Assembly (NCBI GenBank): GCA_043806035.1
Contig: JAZDHK010000033.1
Span: forward strand, 1 to 64,000
Reading direction: 5' to 3'
Length of the DNA: 64,000 nt
Source: an archaeon
GTDB lineage: Archaea > Nanobdellota > Nanobdellia > Woesearchaeales > UBA9642
The notes under the pieces are model-generated. The model saw only the letters and a list, made by a program, of their open reading frames with translations. It had not been told where the DNA came from and searched no databases. Each line of letters opens with the position of its first letter. Position 1 is the first letter of the stretch. Shown in pieces: positions 42,111 to 51,217 of this stretch. The position numbers were made by a program, and so were the translations under genes.

Positions 42111-45100
42111 ATGAAACATGCACTGTTCGTGCTAGTGCTGCTAGTCATCCCGCTCGCTCTCGCTGTCGATGTGCTACCAGGTAATCTCGTGACGAACAAC
42201 GTCCAACCCACCATACACATCTTCTTCGACAAGAACACATCTGTTACCAACGCATCATTATGGAATGTTTCTGGACGCATGCCCGATACGTTCTTCTCCT
42301 ACGACCATGCCGTGAATGACACGACCCATTGGTATTTCAGCATAGAGCAGCCGTTGGCACACGGCAATTACAGCCTGCGATTCAACGCCACGGATGCACT
42401 CAACAATTCTGACCCGAACAAGAGAGTTTATTTCTTCATCGACCTCATCAAGCCGAACATCACCGCACTCACCATGTATCCCTGGAGAAACGATTACTTG
42501 AACGTCAGCAACCAAACTATAACTGTAACGACGATGGATAACCTTCCCGGCGTGCGCCTTATCGATGTCGTGCTGCGCAGGCAATCGACGACAACGAACA
42601 TCACTGCGCAGTTCAGGCAGATTACGTCCTGGGTATTTCAGGGCAATGCATCCATTCCTGATGGGAATTATACGCTGCTCGTGAACATCAGTGATGCTGG
42701 GGGCAATCGCGCAGACAGGAATCTTTCCTTCCTCATGAACGCAGAACCATTTCGCGTATTCTACGTTGCCCCTCCCTTCGGCTACACGGCAATAAACCCG
42801 TTTAATCTCACGCTGGGCACGAACAAGCAAGCCACCTGTTATTACAGCAAGAACAGGAACACGCCTTTCGGCAGCATGCTGCCCTTCACGGAGAGCGACG
42901 GCTTCAATCACCTCATTGCGAGCTTCCTGCTCGATGCAGCAATACAGAATATCACCGTCCAATGCATGATCCAAGAGGGAGGACTGAGTGACAGATTCAG
43001 CATCGAATTAGGGTATGATGCGACACTGCCGAACATACAGGACATGAGCGTGCATCCCAACAACGGGCAACCCGTTATTAACGAGGACCTTGACAATGCC
43101 TATCTTCGCGTACTAACTGATGATACGGCGCGATGCAAGTACAGTTTCAGCACGGATAACTATACGGATATGCTTCCGTTCGAAAATTTTTCCCAAGGAA
43201 TATTTGACGTATCAAACGCTCATTTCTTCAATGGGGAGATCGAGAATGGCAACAATTACACGGTCTTTGTACGCTGCGAGAATCGCGCAGGACTAATCAG
43301 CAGCGCACGCACCTTGCCGTTCAGTGTAGACTTGCAGGCAGCGGCAACGATAACCATCATTAGTCCATTGGCATACGTGCACAATCCCAATATTGTGTTC
43401 AACATCACTACGACAGAAGCCACCACGTGCACGTATGACGGCAGGCCATTCGAGCATGGAGGAGGCACAAGAAATCTCTATACGGATCCCACGTGGTATG
43501 AGGACGGCAGCCACTCCGTCGTCATCGCATGCGAATTCCAGCAAGGCCTGCAAACCAAGAACGTGACGTTCATCGTCGATACCGTGCAGCCCAGCCAAGC
43601 CGTCATTGCCGTGGACAACATCAGCTGCAATCCCGAACGCATCACGGCAAGCTTCTCTGCCAACGACACGAACGGCATTCTCGGATACAATTACACCGTC
43701 AGTGGCCCAGGAGGTGTTGTCAAGGAATGGACATTCGGCAGCAGTGGAGAGTATAGCGGAGACTTGCAGGAGGGTGCCACGTACACGTGGAGGGCATACG
43801 CCATCGACCGTGCAGGCAATGCAGGTCCTGAAGCCGCGCCCAAGAGTACGCGTGTGCTCAGTCCAGACAGCCTCTCGTGTGACGATACCTCTCCGCAGAT
43901 TTCCTTCGATGCAGACACGGATCAAAATCAGATACGCATAATGGTTGATTGTTATGACAGCGATAGTGGCTGTGTCGACACGTTCTGGTATGATCTCAAG
44001 CTGTCCAGCAGCACCGCCTGCACATACACACGCTTGAGAAACATCAGCCAACCCGTGCTGCTCAATGATTCTGCAAAATTCTGTGCATTAGTGAAAGACA
44101 AGGCAGGAAACAATGCGACAAAGAGCGAATTCTTCTCCCTGCACATCAACGCAACGCACTGCAATAATTCGGAGAAGGATGGCGACGAATCCGACACGGA
44201 CTGCGGCGGCAGCTGCTTGCCCTGCACGAAAGGGAAGCACTGCACGGACACGCAAGACTGCCTCGCCACGTTGTTTTGTGCCGCAAACAGCATATGCCAG
44301 CAACCAACATGCAATGACACCATCAAGAATGGCCAAGAGTCAGATGTGGACTGCAGCGGTGATTGTCCTCCTTGTGCGCTCAACAAGACGTGCACAGTAG
44401 CGGTAGACTGCGAAAGCGGCTACTGTGCCAGCGGCAAGTGCAGCGTCGCCTCCTGCAACGACGGTGTGCAGAACGGCAATGAGTCAGACATTGATTGCGG
44501 CGGCCAATGCGTAAAGTGCGAGCTCAACAACCGTTGCGTGGTAGATGCTGACTGCATGTCCGGATTGTGCAAGCTGAGTTTCTGCACGAAGAAGATAGAC
44601 GAGCAGGAGGTTCTGCCTCCCGAAGAGGCAAGCCACACGGCATCCATCGTGCTGCTCATCATCGGAGGACTGCTCATGCTCGGCGGTGCAGGATATCTGG
44701 TGTATGTCACCAAATTCGCATCACCGCCAGCCACCCCTCCTGCCATGCAGCAGAAACCACCGCAACGACCCGTGCTGCAGCAATCGAAAGGCCGTTTTCA
44801 TTTCAAGAAGAGACCATCACTGCTGCCAACGCACTTCGCGCCAGCCCCGGAGAAGAAGCCGGTGCAGGAAGAGTATGTGGATGTTCGTGATTTGCAGACG
44901 AAGTCTGAAGAGAAAAGCGATGCCTTTAAAGAACTGGAAAAAGTGAGTTCTGATGTCAAGGATCCTTTCGCGGCATTGTCCAAAATAGGAGACAAGGCAA
45001 TAGCGAATCTTGCGACAAAACGCCAGCTGGATACACAAGACATCGTCACGCTTGTCGAACATGCAGGGCAAGGACAGCAGCAGCTCACCGAGACCGTGCT

Positions 45101-45227
45101 GAAAAAACTCCTCTCAACCAATGCAATAACCAAGAAAGAGATCAGCGATGCGCTCTTCGAGCTTATGGACCAGCAGAAAATACGCTCGGACGATGCGCAG
45201 AAATTCATGAGCGATCTCGACATCTAG
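42111..45227 (+). CDS. Membrane-anchored Ig-like/Cys-rich surface protein with cytoplasmic tail
   Basis: Signal peptide; Ig domains like those in the giant; 3x C..G.ES D.DC.G.C..C repeats; TM IVLLIIGGLLMLGGAGYLVYV; Pro-rich/charged tail; GAGGTGA SD. Confidence 0.85.
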   Translation: MKHALFVLVLLVIPLALAVDVLPGNLVTNNVQPTIHIFFDKNTSVTNASLWNVSGRMPDTFFSYDHAVNDTTHWYFSIEQPLAHGNYSLRFNATDALNNSDPNKRVYFFIDLIKPNITALTMYPWRNDYLNVSNQTITVTTMDNLPGVRLIDVVLRRQSTTTNITAQFRQITSWVFQGNASIPDGNYTLLVNISDAGGNRADRNLSFLMNAEPFRVFYVAPPFGYTAINPFNLTLGTNKQATCYYSKNRNTPFGSMLPFTESDGFNHLIASFLLDAAIQNITVQCMIQEGGLSDRFSIELGYDATLPNIQDMSVHPNNGQPVINEDLDNAYLRVLTDDTARCKYSFSTDNYTDMLPFENFSQGIFDVSNAHFFNGEIENGNNYTVFVRCENRAGLISSARTLPFSVDLQAAATITIISPLAYVHNPNIVFNITTTEATTCTYDGRPFEHGGGTRNLYTDPTWYEDGSHSVVIACEFQQGLQTKNVTFIVDTVQPSQAVIAVDNISCNPERITASFSANDTNGILGYNYTVSGPGGVVKEWTFGSSGEYSGDLQEGATYTWRAYAIDRAGNAGPEAAPKSTRVLSPDSLSCDDTSPQISFDADTDQNQIRIMVDCYDSDSGCVDTFWYDLKLSSSTACTYTRLRNISQPVLLNDSAKFCALVKDKAGNNATKSEFFSLHINATHCNNSEKDGDESDTDCGGSCLPCTKGKHCTDTQDCLATLFCAANSICQQPTCNDTIKNGQESDVDCSGDCPPCALNKTCTVAVDCESGYCASGKCSVASCNDGVQNGNESDIDCGGQCVKCELNNRCVVDADCMSGLCKLSFCTKKIDEQEVLPPEEASHTASIVLLIIGGLLMLGGAGYLVYVTKFASPPATPPAMQQKPPQRPVLQQSKGRFHFKKRPSLLPTHFAPAPEKKPVQEEYVDVRDLQTKSEEKSDAFKELEKVSSDVKDPFAALSKIGDKAIANLATKRQLDTQDIVTLVEHAGQGQQQLTETVLKKLLSTNAITKKEISDALFELMDQQKIRSDDAQKFMSDLDI

Positions 45228-45230
45228 ACC

Positions 45231-45345
45231 GGCTTGTTTGCAAGTTTCATTTTTGGCACCGCATCATCAGGTTGTGGGCAAAGCATTTGGCGTAGAAGTG
45301 TCTGGCCTGTTGCCAGATGGTACGCCCGTGTAGGCGGACGCTTAT
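45231..45345 (-). mobile_element. Possible IS (IS5/IS4-like) right-end remnant
   Basis: Minus-strand frame RLHGRTIWQQARHFYAKCFAHNLMMRCQK* resembles a DDE transposase C-terminus and is followed by a TIR-like GGCTTGTTTGCAA (45231-45243). Confidence 0.45.
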
Positions 45346-45433
45346 TCTTACCAGAGGCATTCCGCACGTAGCTGCCGACGATCTTCTTGAGGAACGTCTC
45401 TTTAACCTTCTTCCCGCAGATGACGCAGTTCAT
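45346..45433 (-). pseudogene. Truncated small Zn-finger-like gene
   Basis: MNCVICGKKVKETFLKKIVGSYVRNASGK has one CxxC; the second is missing where the sequence runs into the IS-like fragment. Confidence 0.5.
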
Positions 45434-45464
45434 GAGAGACGAGAGAGAGTAGGCACATTAATAT

Positions 45465-46040
45465 TTATCGTACCAAACAAACAGCTTGGCACTTGTGCTG
45501 CGAGATGACGACGAATACGAGCAATCCCCCGAGCACGAACGAGAACAAAGTATTGAGTGTGAAGCCTTCTGTCATCAGAAAATACAGCGTGCTACTTAGA
45601 AAAGACACAGCACCGATGACAACCAGAGGAAGGAATCGACGCCATGCTTTCGCACGGAACTGCTGCTCGTCATCGACGTAAGAGAAGATGGCAAAATAGA
45701 TGCGTCTCCAGGTGTGATGGAAGACACATTTCAGGTGAGTCAACCGGTACCAGTAGAGCCACGGGTGATAGAAAAATCCTGACCGCAGGATGATGATAGT
45801 CGAGAGCCCGAAACCAAAAGCGAGTTTCAACCACAGCGGATACATATAGGCTTGCAATATGAAGAGTAGCAGTGCCATGCAGATACTATAGACTACAAGC
45901 AGAGCTTGCATACTAATCGGCTTGTGGCGGGCTATTTCAGTATAGAACTCTTCAATACGTCGATGAATACTCGTCGCTGACGATTTCTTAACGAGTTCGG
46001 CGATATCGTCAGCAAGCAGTTTCCGTAAATCAGCGCGCAC
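45465..46040 (-). CDS. Hypothetical multi-TM membrane protein
   Basis: 191-aa ORF with four hydrophobic segments; TATA-like element ~46062-46070. Confidence 0.65.
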   Translation of the reverse strand: MRADLRKLLADDIAELVKKSSATSIHRRIEEFYTEIARHKPISMQALLVVYSICMALLLFILQAYMYPLWLKLAFGFGLSTIIILRSGFFYHPWLYWYRLTHLKCVFHHTWRRIYFAIFSYVDDEQQFRAKAWRRFLPLVVIGAVSFLSSTLYFLMTEGFTLNTLFSFVLGGLLVFVVISQHKCQAVCLVR

Positions 46041-46151
46041 ACAGCTTCTACCCGTTTCAGATATATAAACTTATTGCGAAAAATGCCCTTCTTTATCAAG
46101 GTGGTCGAGGATGTCGTCCATGATCAGACAGAACACATCGATTATATACAT

Positions 46152-46540
46152 TTATTTCATGAAGATCACGAACGCGAAGAACACGAAGACGATGCTCAGG
46201 GGGAAGAAGGTGAAGAACACAAATTTATTCCATCACCACACCTTCCTGCCGTCGAGCATAGCGACAGGCAGCATGTTGAACAAGGCAAGTCATGAGTTAA
46301 TGAGCACGCCGAACAGACTGAGGACGTGCCAGATTCCCCGTAACAGCACCAACGGCAAGAAAAACAGTACGAGCAACAGATTCACTGCAGGCCCGACGAC
46401 GGAGATGATGCCTTTCTGTTTCTTCGTGATGTGGCCTGAGATGTACACAGCACCCGGAGCGGCGAGGATGAATCCGAACAGACTAATCACCACCCCAGCA
46501 ACAGCATGTTGAAGTATGCACGAAACTCGGCGAAGCAGCT
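46152..46540 (-). pseudogene. M50 (site-2) metalloprotease pseudogene, C-terminal half
   Basis: CFAEFRAYFNML /frameshift/ VVISLFGFILAAPGAVYISG..ISVVGPAVN..INS*LALFNMLP...LDGRKVW*WNK; HExxH half absent. Confidence 0.8.
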
Positions 46541-46583
46541 TCCAGACCGCAATCATTAAAAGCAACGCATTCCAGGGGACTGT

Positions 46584-47093
46584 ATGAACGCGCAAGTGCA
46601 AAGCCAGATTTTCATTTACATCCTTGTTATAGTAGTTGTCGGTTTGCTGCTCCTGCTCGGCTACAAAGCCATCGGAAACTTGCGTAATGATGCGTGCAAG
46701 GTCAACGAGGTTAGCCTGAAAGCAGAGCTCGAGACTGCAGTCCAGGATAACAGCGCGTACAAGGCGTCTGACGTGAGAACATTCCAGGCGGGCTGTGCAG
46801 GCAGTGTGCTCTGCTTTGCTGACGCTGCTCTGGTAGAGGGCACGGGGGGCGTTGATTTTCCCTTGCAGCTCGGCAGGCCCGCAACGTATTTTTTTTACGT
46901 CAATGACAGCATGAATGCGCACGTGCTAAGAAATGTGTTCATCCTGGACAATGAAGGCACGATGAACGAGCGGGCAATATTCATTCCTCGCGTCGAGGTG
47001 GAGCAGAACCTCACCTGCATCGAGGCAGTGCAGGGACTGTTCAAGGTGCGTTTTGAGGGCACGGGCAAGGGAACGAAGGTTTTCCCTGGGTGA
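46584..47093 (+). CDS. Class III signal (pilin-like) protein
   Basis: MNA|QVQSQIFIYILVIVVVGLLLLLG + small globular domain. Confidence 0.7.
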   Translation: MNAQVQSQIFIYILVIVVVGLLLLLGYKAIGNLRNDACKVNEVSLKAELETAVQDNSAYKASDVRTFQAGCAGSVLCFADAALVEGTGGVDFPLQLGRPATYFFYVNDSMNAHVLRNVFILDNEGTMNERAIFIPRVEVEQNLTCIEAVQGLFKVRFEGTGKGTKVFPG

Positions 47094-47096
47094 AGT

Positions 47097-48143
47097 ATGC
47101 AAAGAGGTGTGTTTGAGATCCAGTTCAACTGGATCTTCGTCATCATAGCAGGAGGCGTCATCCTCTTCTTTTTCCTGTCATTGATTAGCAAGCAGAAGGC
47201 GACGAGCGACGAGTCCATCAACCAGGACGTGCTGCGCAGGCTCGACACCATCCTCATCAGCACCGAGCAAGGCTATCAGACGTACAAGGAATTGCATCTT
47301 GTCAAGACACAACTGACGTTCACATGCGAGGATACGTCTCCATCGCTGACGACGCAAGGCATCATCAGCAATTTGCAGATAGGCAGCTTCTCTGTTGACA
47401 CACCGACGCAGATACTCTTCACGCCACCCTCGCTCAATACGGACACGTTCCAATTATGGACGGACACATGGGACCAGCCGTTCCGCGTTTTGCCCTTTCT
47501 CTACGTGACCGCCCCAGAAGTGTCCTTTTACATCGTCGAAACCACTCCGCCAGATCGTTCGCAGGAAATCTATGAATTACTGCCCGCAAATGTGAGCAAG
47601 AAACTCATCACTGCTGCAGACATCAATTACTTGCCGAACAAGAACGACCAATACAGTGTGGTCATTTTTCTCGATGCAGCAGTCAATCTCGCAGATCCTC
47701 TGTATACTCCTTCGCAGCTGAAAGGTGACGTACGGGCAGTCAAGGTGGAATCTACTGGGGATGCTGGTGAGGTGACGTTTTACAAGAAATCGTTTGTGGG
47801 GAATTTTTTCGAAAACGGGACGCTGCCTTTCATAGGCAACGAGATGCTCCTCGGGTCGATAGTGGCTGCGGACGCGCAGGCATACGCGTGCAATGTCAAG
47901 AAGGCGCTCGTGCGCTACAAGACCATTACTGAATTGCACCTTGCCCGGGTAATAAACCTGTCTGGCATGACCGATCCTACCTGCATAGGACCGTTGACCG
48001 CAGGACGAAGGACGCTCGAGTCCATGAACACAACGCTCAATTTCACAACGTCAGCGTTCCAGATGCTTGATTTATGCAGTACAGATTTGCAGACGAGCAA
48101 TGAAGATCTCGTGAGAGGAAGACGATGCCCACTCATCTACTGA
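47097..48143 (+). CDS. Class III signal (pilin-like) protein
   Basis: MQRG|VFEIQFNWIFVIIAGGVILFFF. Confidence 0.72.
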   Translation: MQRGVFEIQFNWIFVIIAGGVILFFFLSLISKQKATSDESINQDVLRRLDTILISTEQGYQTYKELHLVKTQLTFTCEDTSPSLTTQGIISNLQIGSFSVDTPTQILFTPPSLNTDTFQLWTDTWDQPFRVLPFLYVTAPEVSFYIVETTPPDRSQEIYELLPANVSKKLITAADINYLPNKNDQYSVVIFLDAAVNLADPLYTPSQLKGDVRAVKVESTGDAGEVTFYKKSFVGNFFENGTLPFIGNEMLLGSIVAADAQAYACNVKKALVRYKTITELHLARVINLSGMTDPTCIGPLTAGRRTLESMNTTLNFTTSAFQMLDLCSTDLQTSNEDLVRGRRCPLIY

Positions 48144-48607
48144 AGAAAGGACAATTGCAAATGCTCGAAAGCATAGGTGTCATCATCATCATAACCTTCC
48201 TCATCTTCTTCAGCTTCAGCATCTACCAACGATTCCATGCCAGCGAGATAGCCAGGAAAAATCAGCAGCAGAACCAGCTTTCTGCCATCGATGTTGCAAA
48301 TAGGATAGGGGAACTGCCAGAACTGCAGTGCAGCCACGTCGATGTTGTTACTGTAGGCTGTTTTGACCTGGTGAAAGTGCAAACCTTCGCAGCATTCGCA
48401 ACGTCTCCAGCATTCAGGCTCATGTACTATCCCCTCTTGAGGGAGAGCAGCATTACCGTCTACGAGACGTATCCTTCCCCACACAACTTCACCATCTACG
48501 AGCAGAATGCCACGAACACCAGCATACCATTCTTCATGCCTATAACTATCTACCACCCGCAAGAGCGAACGTATGGCTTCGGCTACATCGAGGTGCTCAA
48601 GGAATGA
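48125..48607 (+). CDS. Class III signal (pilin-like) protein
   Basis: KKG|QLQMLESIGVIIIITFL; LPELQCS. Confidence 0.72.
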   Translation: MPTHLLKKGQLQMLESIGVIIIITFLIFFSFSIYQRFHASEIARKNQQQNQLSAIDVANRIGELPELQCSHVDVVTVGCFDLVKVQTFAAFATSPAFRLMYYPLLRESSITVYETYPSPHNFTIYEQNATNTSIPFFMPITIYHPQERTYGFGYIEVLKE

Positions 48608-49089
48608 AAGCACAGATGGAAATCATGGGGTTAGCTGTCATCGTCGTCCTCATTGCCCTGGGCATTTTCATCTTCATCGGATTGTCGGCACGGTTCGGCG
48701 AGGTCAACCAGATTGTGAAACCCGAAGCGTACAATGACGAGCGTCTAGCGACGACGTACGTTGATGCGCTCCTTCGAACATCCGTCCCTAGCTGTCATGC
48801 CTTGCATGTCGATGAACTGCTTCGCGACTGCGCCTTGAATAACAGGACGTGCGGTGCTTTGGGTAGTTGTGAGCTCGTGCAACTCGTCATCGAAAATGTC
48901 ACCAACGCCACGCTGGACGTGTGGGGGAAGAACTATTCCTTGAACGTCACGTATCCGTTGGGCACGAAAGGGATAAGCTTCAGCAAAGGACCTCCTTGCG
49001 TGCGAAGGTATGGTGTGGAGCCGTACACGGTGAGACTTCATCCGTTTCCGGGAGATGTGCTTGTAGAATTGTCCCTCTGCAAAAAATGA
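48604..49089 (+). CDS. Class III signal (pilin-like) protein
   Basis: MKA|QMEIMGLAVIVVLIALG; ATGA overlap with the upstream gene. Confidence 0.75.
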   Translation: MKAQMEIMGLAVIVVLIALGIFIFIGLSARFGEVNQIVKPEAYNDERLATTYVDALLRTSVPSCHALHVDELLRDCALNNRTCGALGSCELVQLVIENVTNATLDVWGKNYSLNVTYPLGTKGISFSKGPPCVRRYGVEPYTVRLHPFPGDVLVELSLCKK

Positions 49090-49135
49090 TGTGCTAAGAA
49101 CAAACAATATAAACGTGTACGTCGGTTGAATCATT

Positions 49136-49231
49136 ATGACTATCGGTTTTTGGGCAAAGTTGCTCTTCATCTGCATCGTCTTGGGAGCACTCATCGTTAT
49201 GACAATAAAACTCGTGGGCATATTTTCGTGA
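49136..49231 (+). CDS. 31-aa single-TM micropeptide (not in ORF track)
   Basis: MTIGFWAKLLFICIVLGALIVMTIKLVGIFS*; ATATAAA at 49107-49113; stop 4 nt before the next start. Confidence 0.55.
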   Translation: MTIGFWAKLLFICIVLGALIVMTIKLVGIFS

Positions 49232-49235
49232 ATGC

Positions 49236-50162
49236 ATGGAAACTAAACCTTTGGCAACGGTTATTATGGCAGTCATCATAGCCGTGCTACTCTTAGGGAT
49301 GCTTGCATACTCTATCGCTACTATCAAGAAGTTTGAGGACAGGGACAAGTGCAGGCTCACCTCGTGGGCGCAGGCGAACAGCCAATACCAGCCAGGCATT
49401 GCAGGCATCATTCCAGGACCAAAGTTCGATTTAGGATTACGCCAAGACTGCCCAACCTATTACGTGACGTTCACCAAGGACAAGGTCACGGAGAGGAAAA
49501 GCAACAGCGACGACACGGAAGTGCTCAGCGTCTATGACAGCACACGGGGGAAACTGGTACAAAAGTACAAGCAGCTCACACCAGACATGGTCAACAGCGT
49601 CGTCGCAGAACAAATGCGTTACTGCTACTACCAGTTCTGGGAAGGCAAAGTGCCTGTCTTTTACAACAAGTATACGGACATCAATGTTTTATCAACGATT
49701 GCATTCGGTGTTGTTGGTGTTGCACTGACCCATGCGAACAACGTCCGCTGCTTTCCCTGTGCGGAATTGCACTTCAGCGACAGTGTTGATTATGACTCAA
49801 ACAAAGGCAGTGGTCTGTCCGTGCAAAACCTTCCAGAAACACAACTCCCCCCTTCTGAAAATACGGCAAGCATAGGCTATTATTTGGTCAACAGGAAAGG
49901 CAAGAACATGAACAGCACGTATTTTGATTATTTGAACAGCTACAACGGCTACTGCCAACTTACGACGGGCAAGCAGGGAAGCTGCCTGGCTGAAGAGCTC
50001 AATGACATGGACATAGATCCCTATCTCGTGCTGGAAAAAGACAAGTACTACAAAGTCTTGCTTATCAGGAGGGGAGAGGAACGGGACGAGTACACCATAA
50101 CATCGTATGTTGTCCCTGCTGATCGGGAAGCAAAGATATGCACGGAGGGCATGGTGTCATGA
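49236..50162 (+). CDS. N-anchored Cys-containing surface protein, paralog of 50159
   Basis: N-terminal TM; C..., CPT, AEQMRYCYYQFWEG, CFPC pattern. Confidence 0.75.
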   Translation: METKPLATVIMAVIIAVLLLGMLAYSIATIKKFEDRDKCRLTSWAQANSQYQPGIAGIIPGPKFDLGLRQDCPTYYVTFTKDKVTERKSNSDDTEVLSVYDSTRGKLVQKYKQLTPDMVNSVVAEQMRYCYYQFWEGKVPVFYNKYTDINVLSTIAFGVVGVALTHANNVRCFPCAELHFSDSVDYDSNKGSGLSVQNLPETQLPPSENTASIGYYLVNRKGKNMNSTYFDYLNSYNGYCQLTTGKQGSCLAEELNDMDIDPYLVLEKDKYYKVLLIRRGEERDEYTITSYVVPADREAKICTEGMVS

Positions 50163-51043
50163 AGGCACAAATAAGCAGTCTCTTGCTCGTCACCATTGTC
50201 ACGATACTGACCTTGCTCGTCGTGCTGCTCGTCATGTCCGGCATATTCTCGAGCACGAATGATGCCTTTGCGTACAAGGACTGCCAGGCGAGCGTGGAAA
50301 AATTCATCGCCCGCACAAAATTGACGAAAGATTACACGACGGCGAGCATCACGTGCAGGACGAGAACGGTGAATGTACGCGCCACTGATCAGGAACAGGT
50401 GAAACGGCAACTTGCGGAGGAAATGCGCAGCTGCTGGTCAACATTCAAACAAGGTAATGTACGGTTCTTCGTTGAAGAGGGCACGTACTGCCACCCCTGT
50501 GCTATTGTCAATTTTAATAAGAGAATGAAACCGATTACTGATTTCAATGCGTACTTGGCGCAAAGGAAGATGACGAGCAGCAACCTCACGTATGCGGCTT
50601 ATTTTATAGGTTACAGCACGCCTGGAGGACAGGAATTAGCAGTCTTCACAGATAATGCAAGTTTTGGAAATGCTCTTCTCCTTGATCCGCAGAAGCATTA
50701 TGTCGTGCTGTTCCACCACATGATGGGCATGGAAACCATACGACAATTCAAAGAAAGAATAGGCGGTGAGACGAACGCAGTATTTTTAGGCATTGGAGCG
50801 GGGGGTGCCGCTGCTGGAGTTGTGGGTATTATTCTTGTTACTGCAGGAGTTGTTTCTGGACCCATAGGCTGGATCATCTTGGGCGCAGGCATGGTCATAG
50901 GGGGGGTGATTGCAGACATTTGGGGAGACCCTCCAGAATGGGTGAGCAGCATCATGCTTATAGAATACAAGCCGGGAGAACTCGAGAGGCTCGGCTGCCA
51001 ATTTGATGAAGTGCAGCAGGACATGTTCGGCAACCTAAACTAA
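50159..51043 (+). CDS. Pilin-like protein with internal Gly-zipper hydrophobic hairpin
   Basis: MKA|QISSLLLV; AEEMRSCW..F..G, CHPC; GIGAGGAAAGVVG...GPIGWIILGAG. Confidence 0.75.
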   Translation: MKAQISSLLLVTIVTILTLLVVLLVMSGIFSSTNDAFAYKDCQASVEKFIARTKLTKDYTTASITCRTRTVNVRATDQEQVKRQLAEEMRSCWSTFKQGNVRFFVEEGTYCHPCAIVNFNKRMKPITDFNAYLAQRKMTSSNLTYAAYFIGYSTPGGQELAVFTDNASFGNALLLDPQKHYVVLFHHMMGMETIRQFKERIGGETNAVFLGIGAGGAAAGVVGIILVTAGVVSGPIGWIILGAGMVIGGVIADIWGDPPEWVSSIMLIEYKPGELERLGCQFDEVQQDMFGNLN

Positions 51044-51077
51044 ACATTTATAAAATTAGTTCACGCCTTGCACGGGC

Positions 51078-51215
51078 ATGCATGGCCAGAAAAGCACTTT
51101 GAAGGAGATGATCGTTCTTGCAGCGGTGATTATCATTTTCATCATCATTTTGTCGTTTTTATTCAAGGACAAGGTTTCCAACCTGGTCGATAGCATCATT
51201 TCCGTATTCCACTAA
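51078..51215 (+). CDS. 45-aa micro-pilin-like peptide (not in ORF track)
   Basis: MHG|QKSTLKEMIVLAAVIIIFIIILSFLF...; TTTATAAA 51047-51054; stop 2 nt before the next ATG. Confidence 0.6.
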   Translation: MHGQKSTLKEMIVLAAVIIIFIIILSFLFKDKVSNLVDSIISVFH

Positions 51216-51217
51216 CT

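Noticed and set aside
46220-46300. In-frame TGA codons suggesting recoding (Trp/Sec) or an alternative genetic code
   Set aside because: TGA is the normal stop of many r-protein genes here (rpl4, rpl23, rps19, rpl14), and the same gene also has a frameshift and truncation
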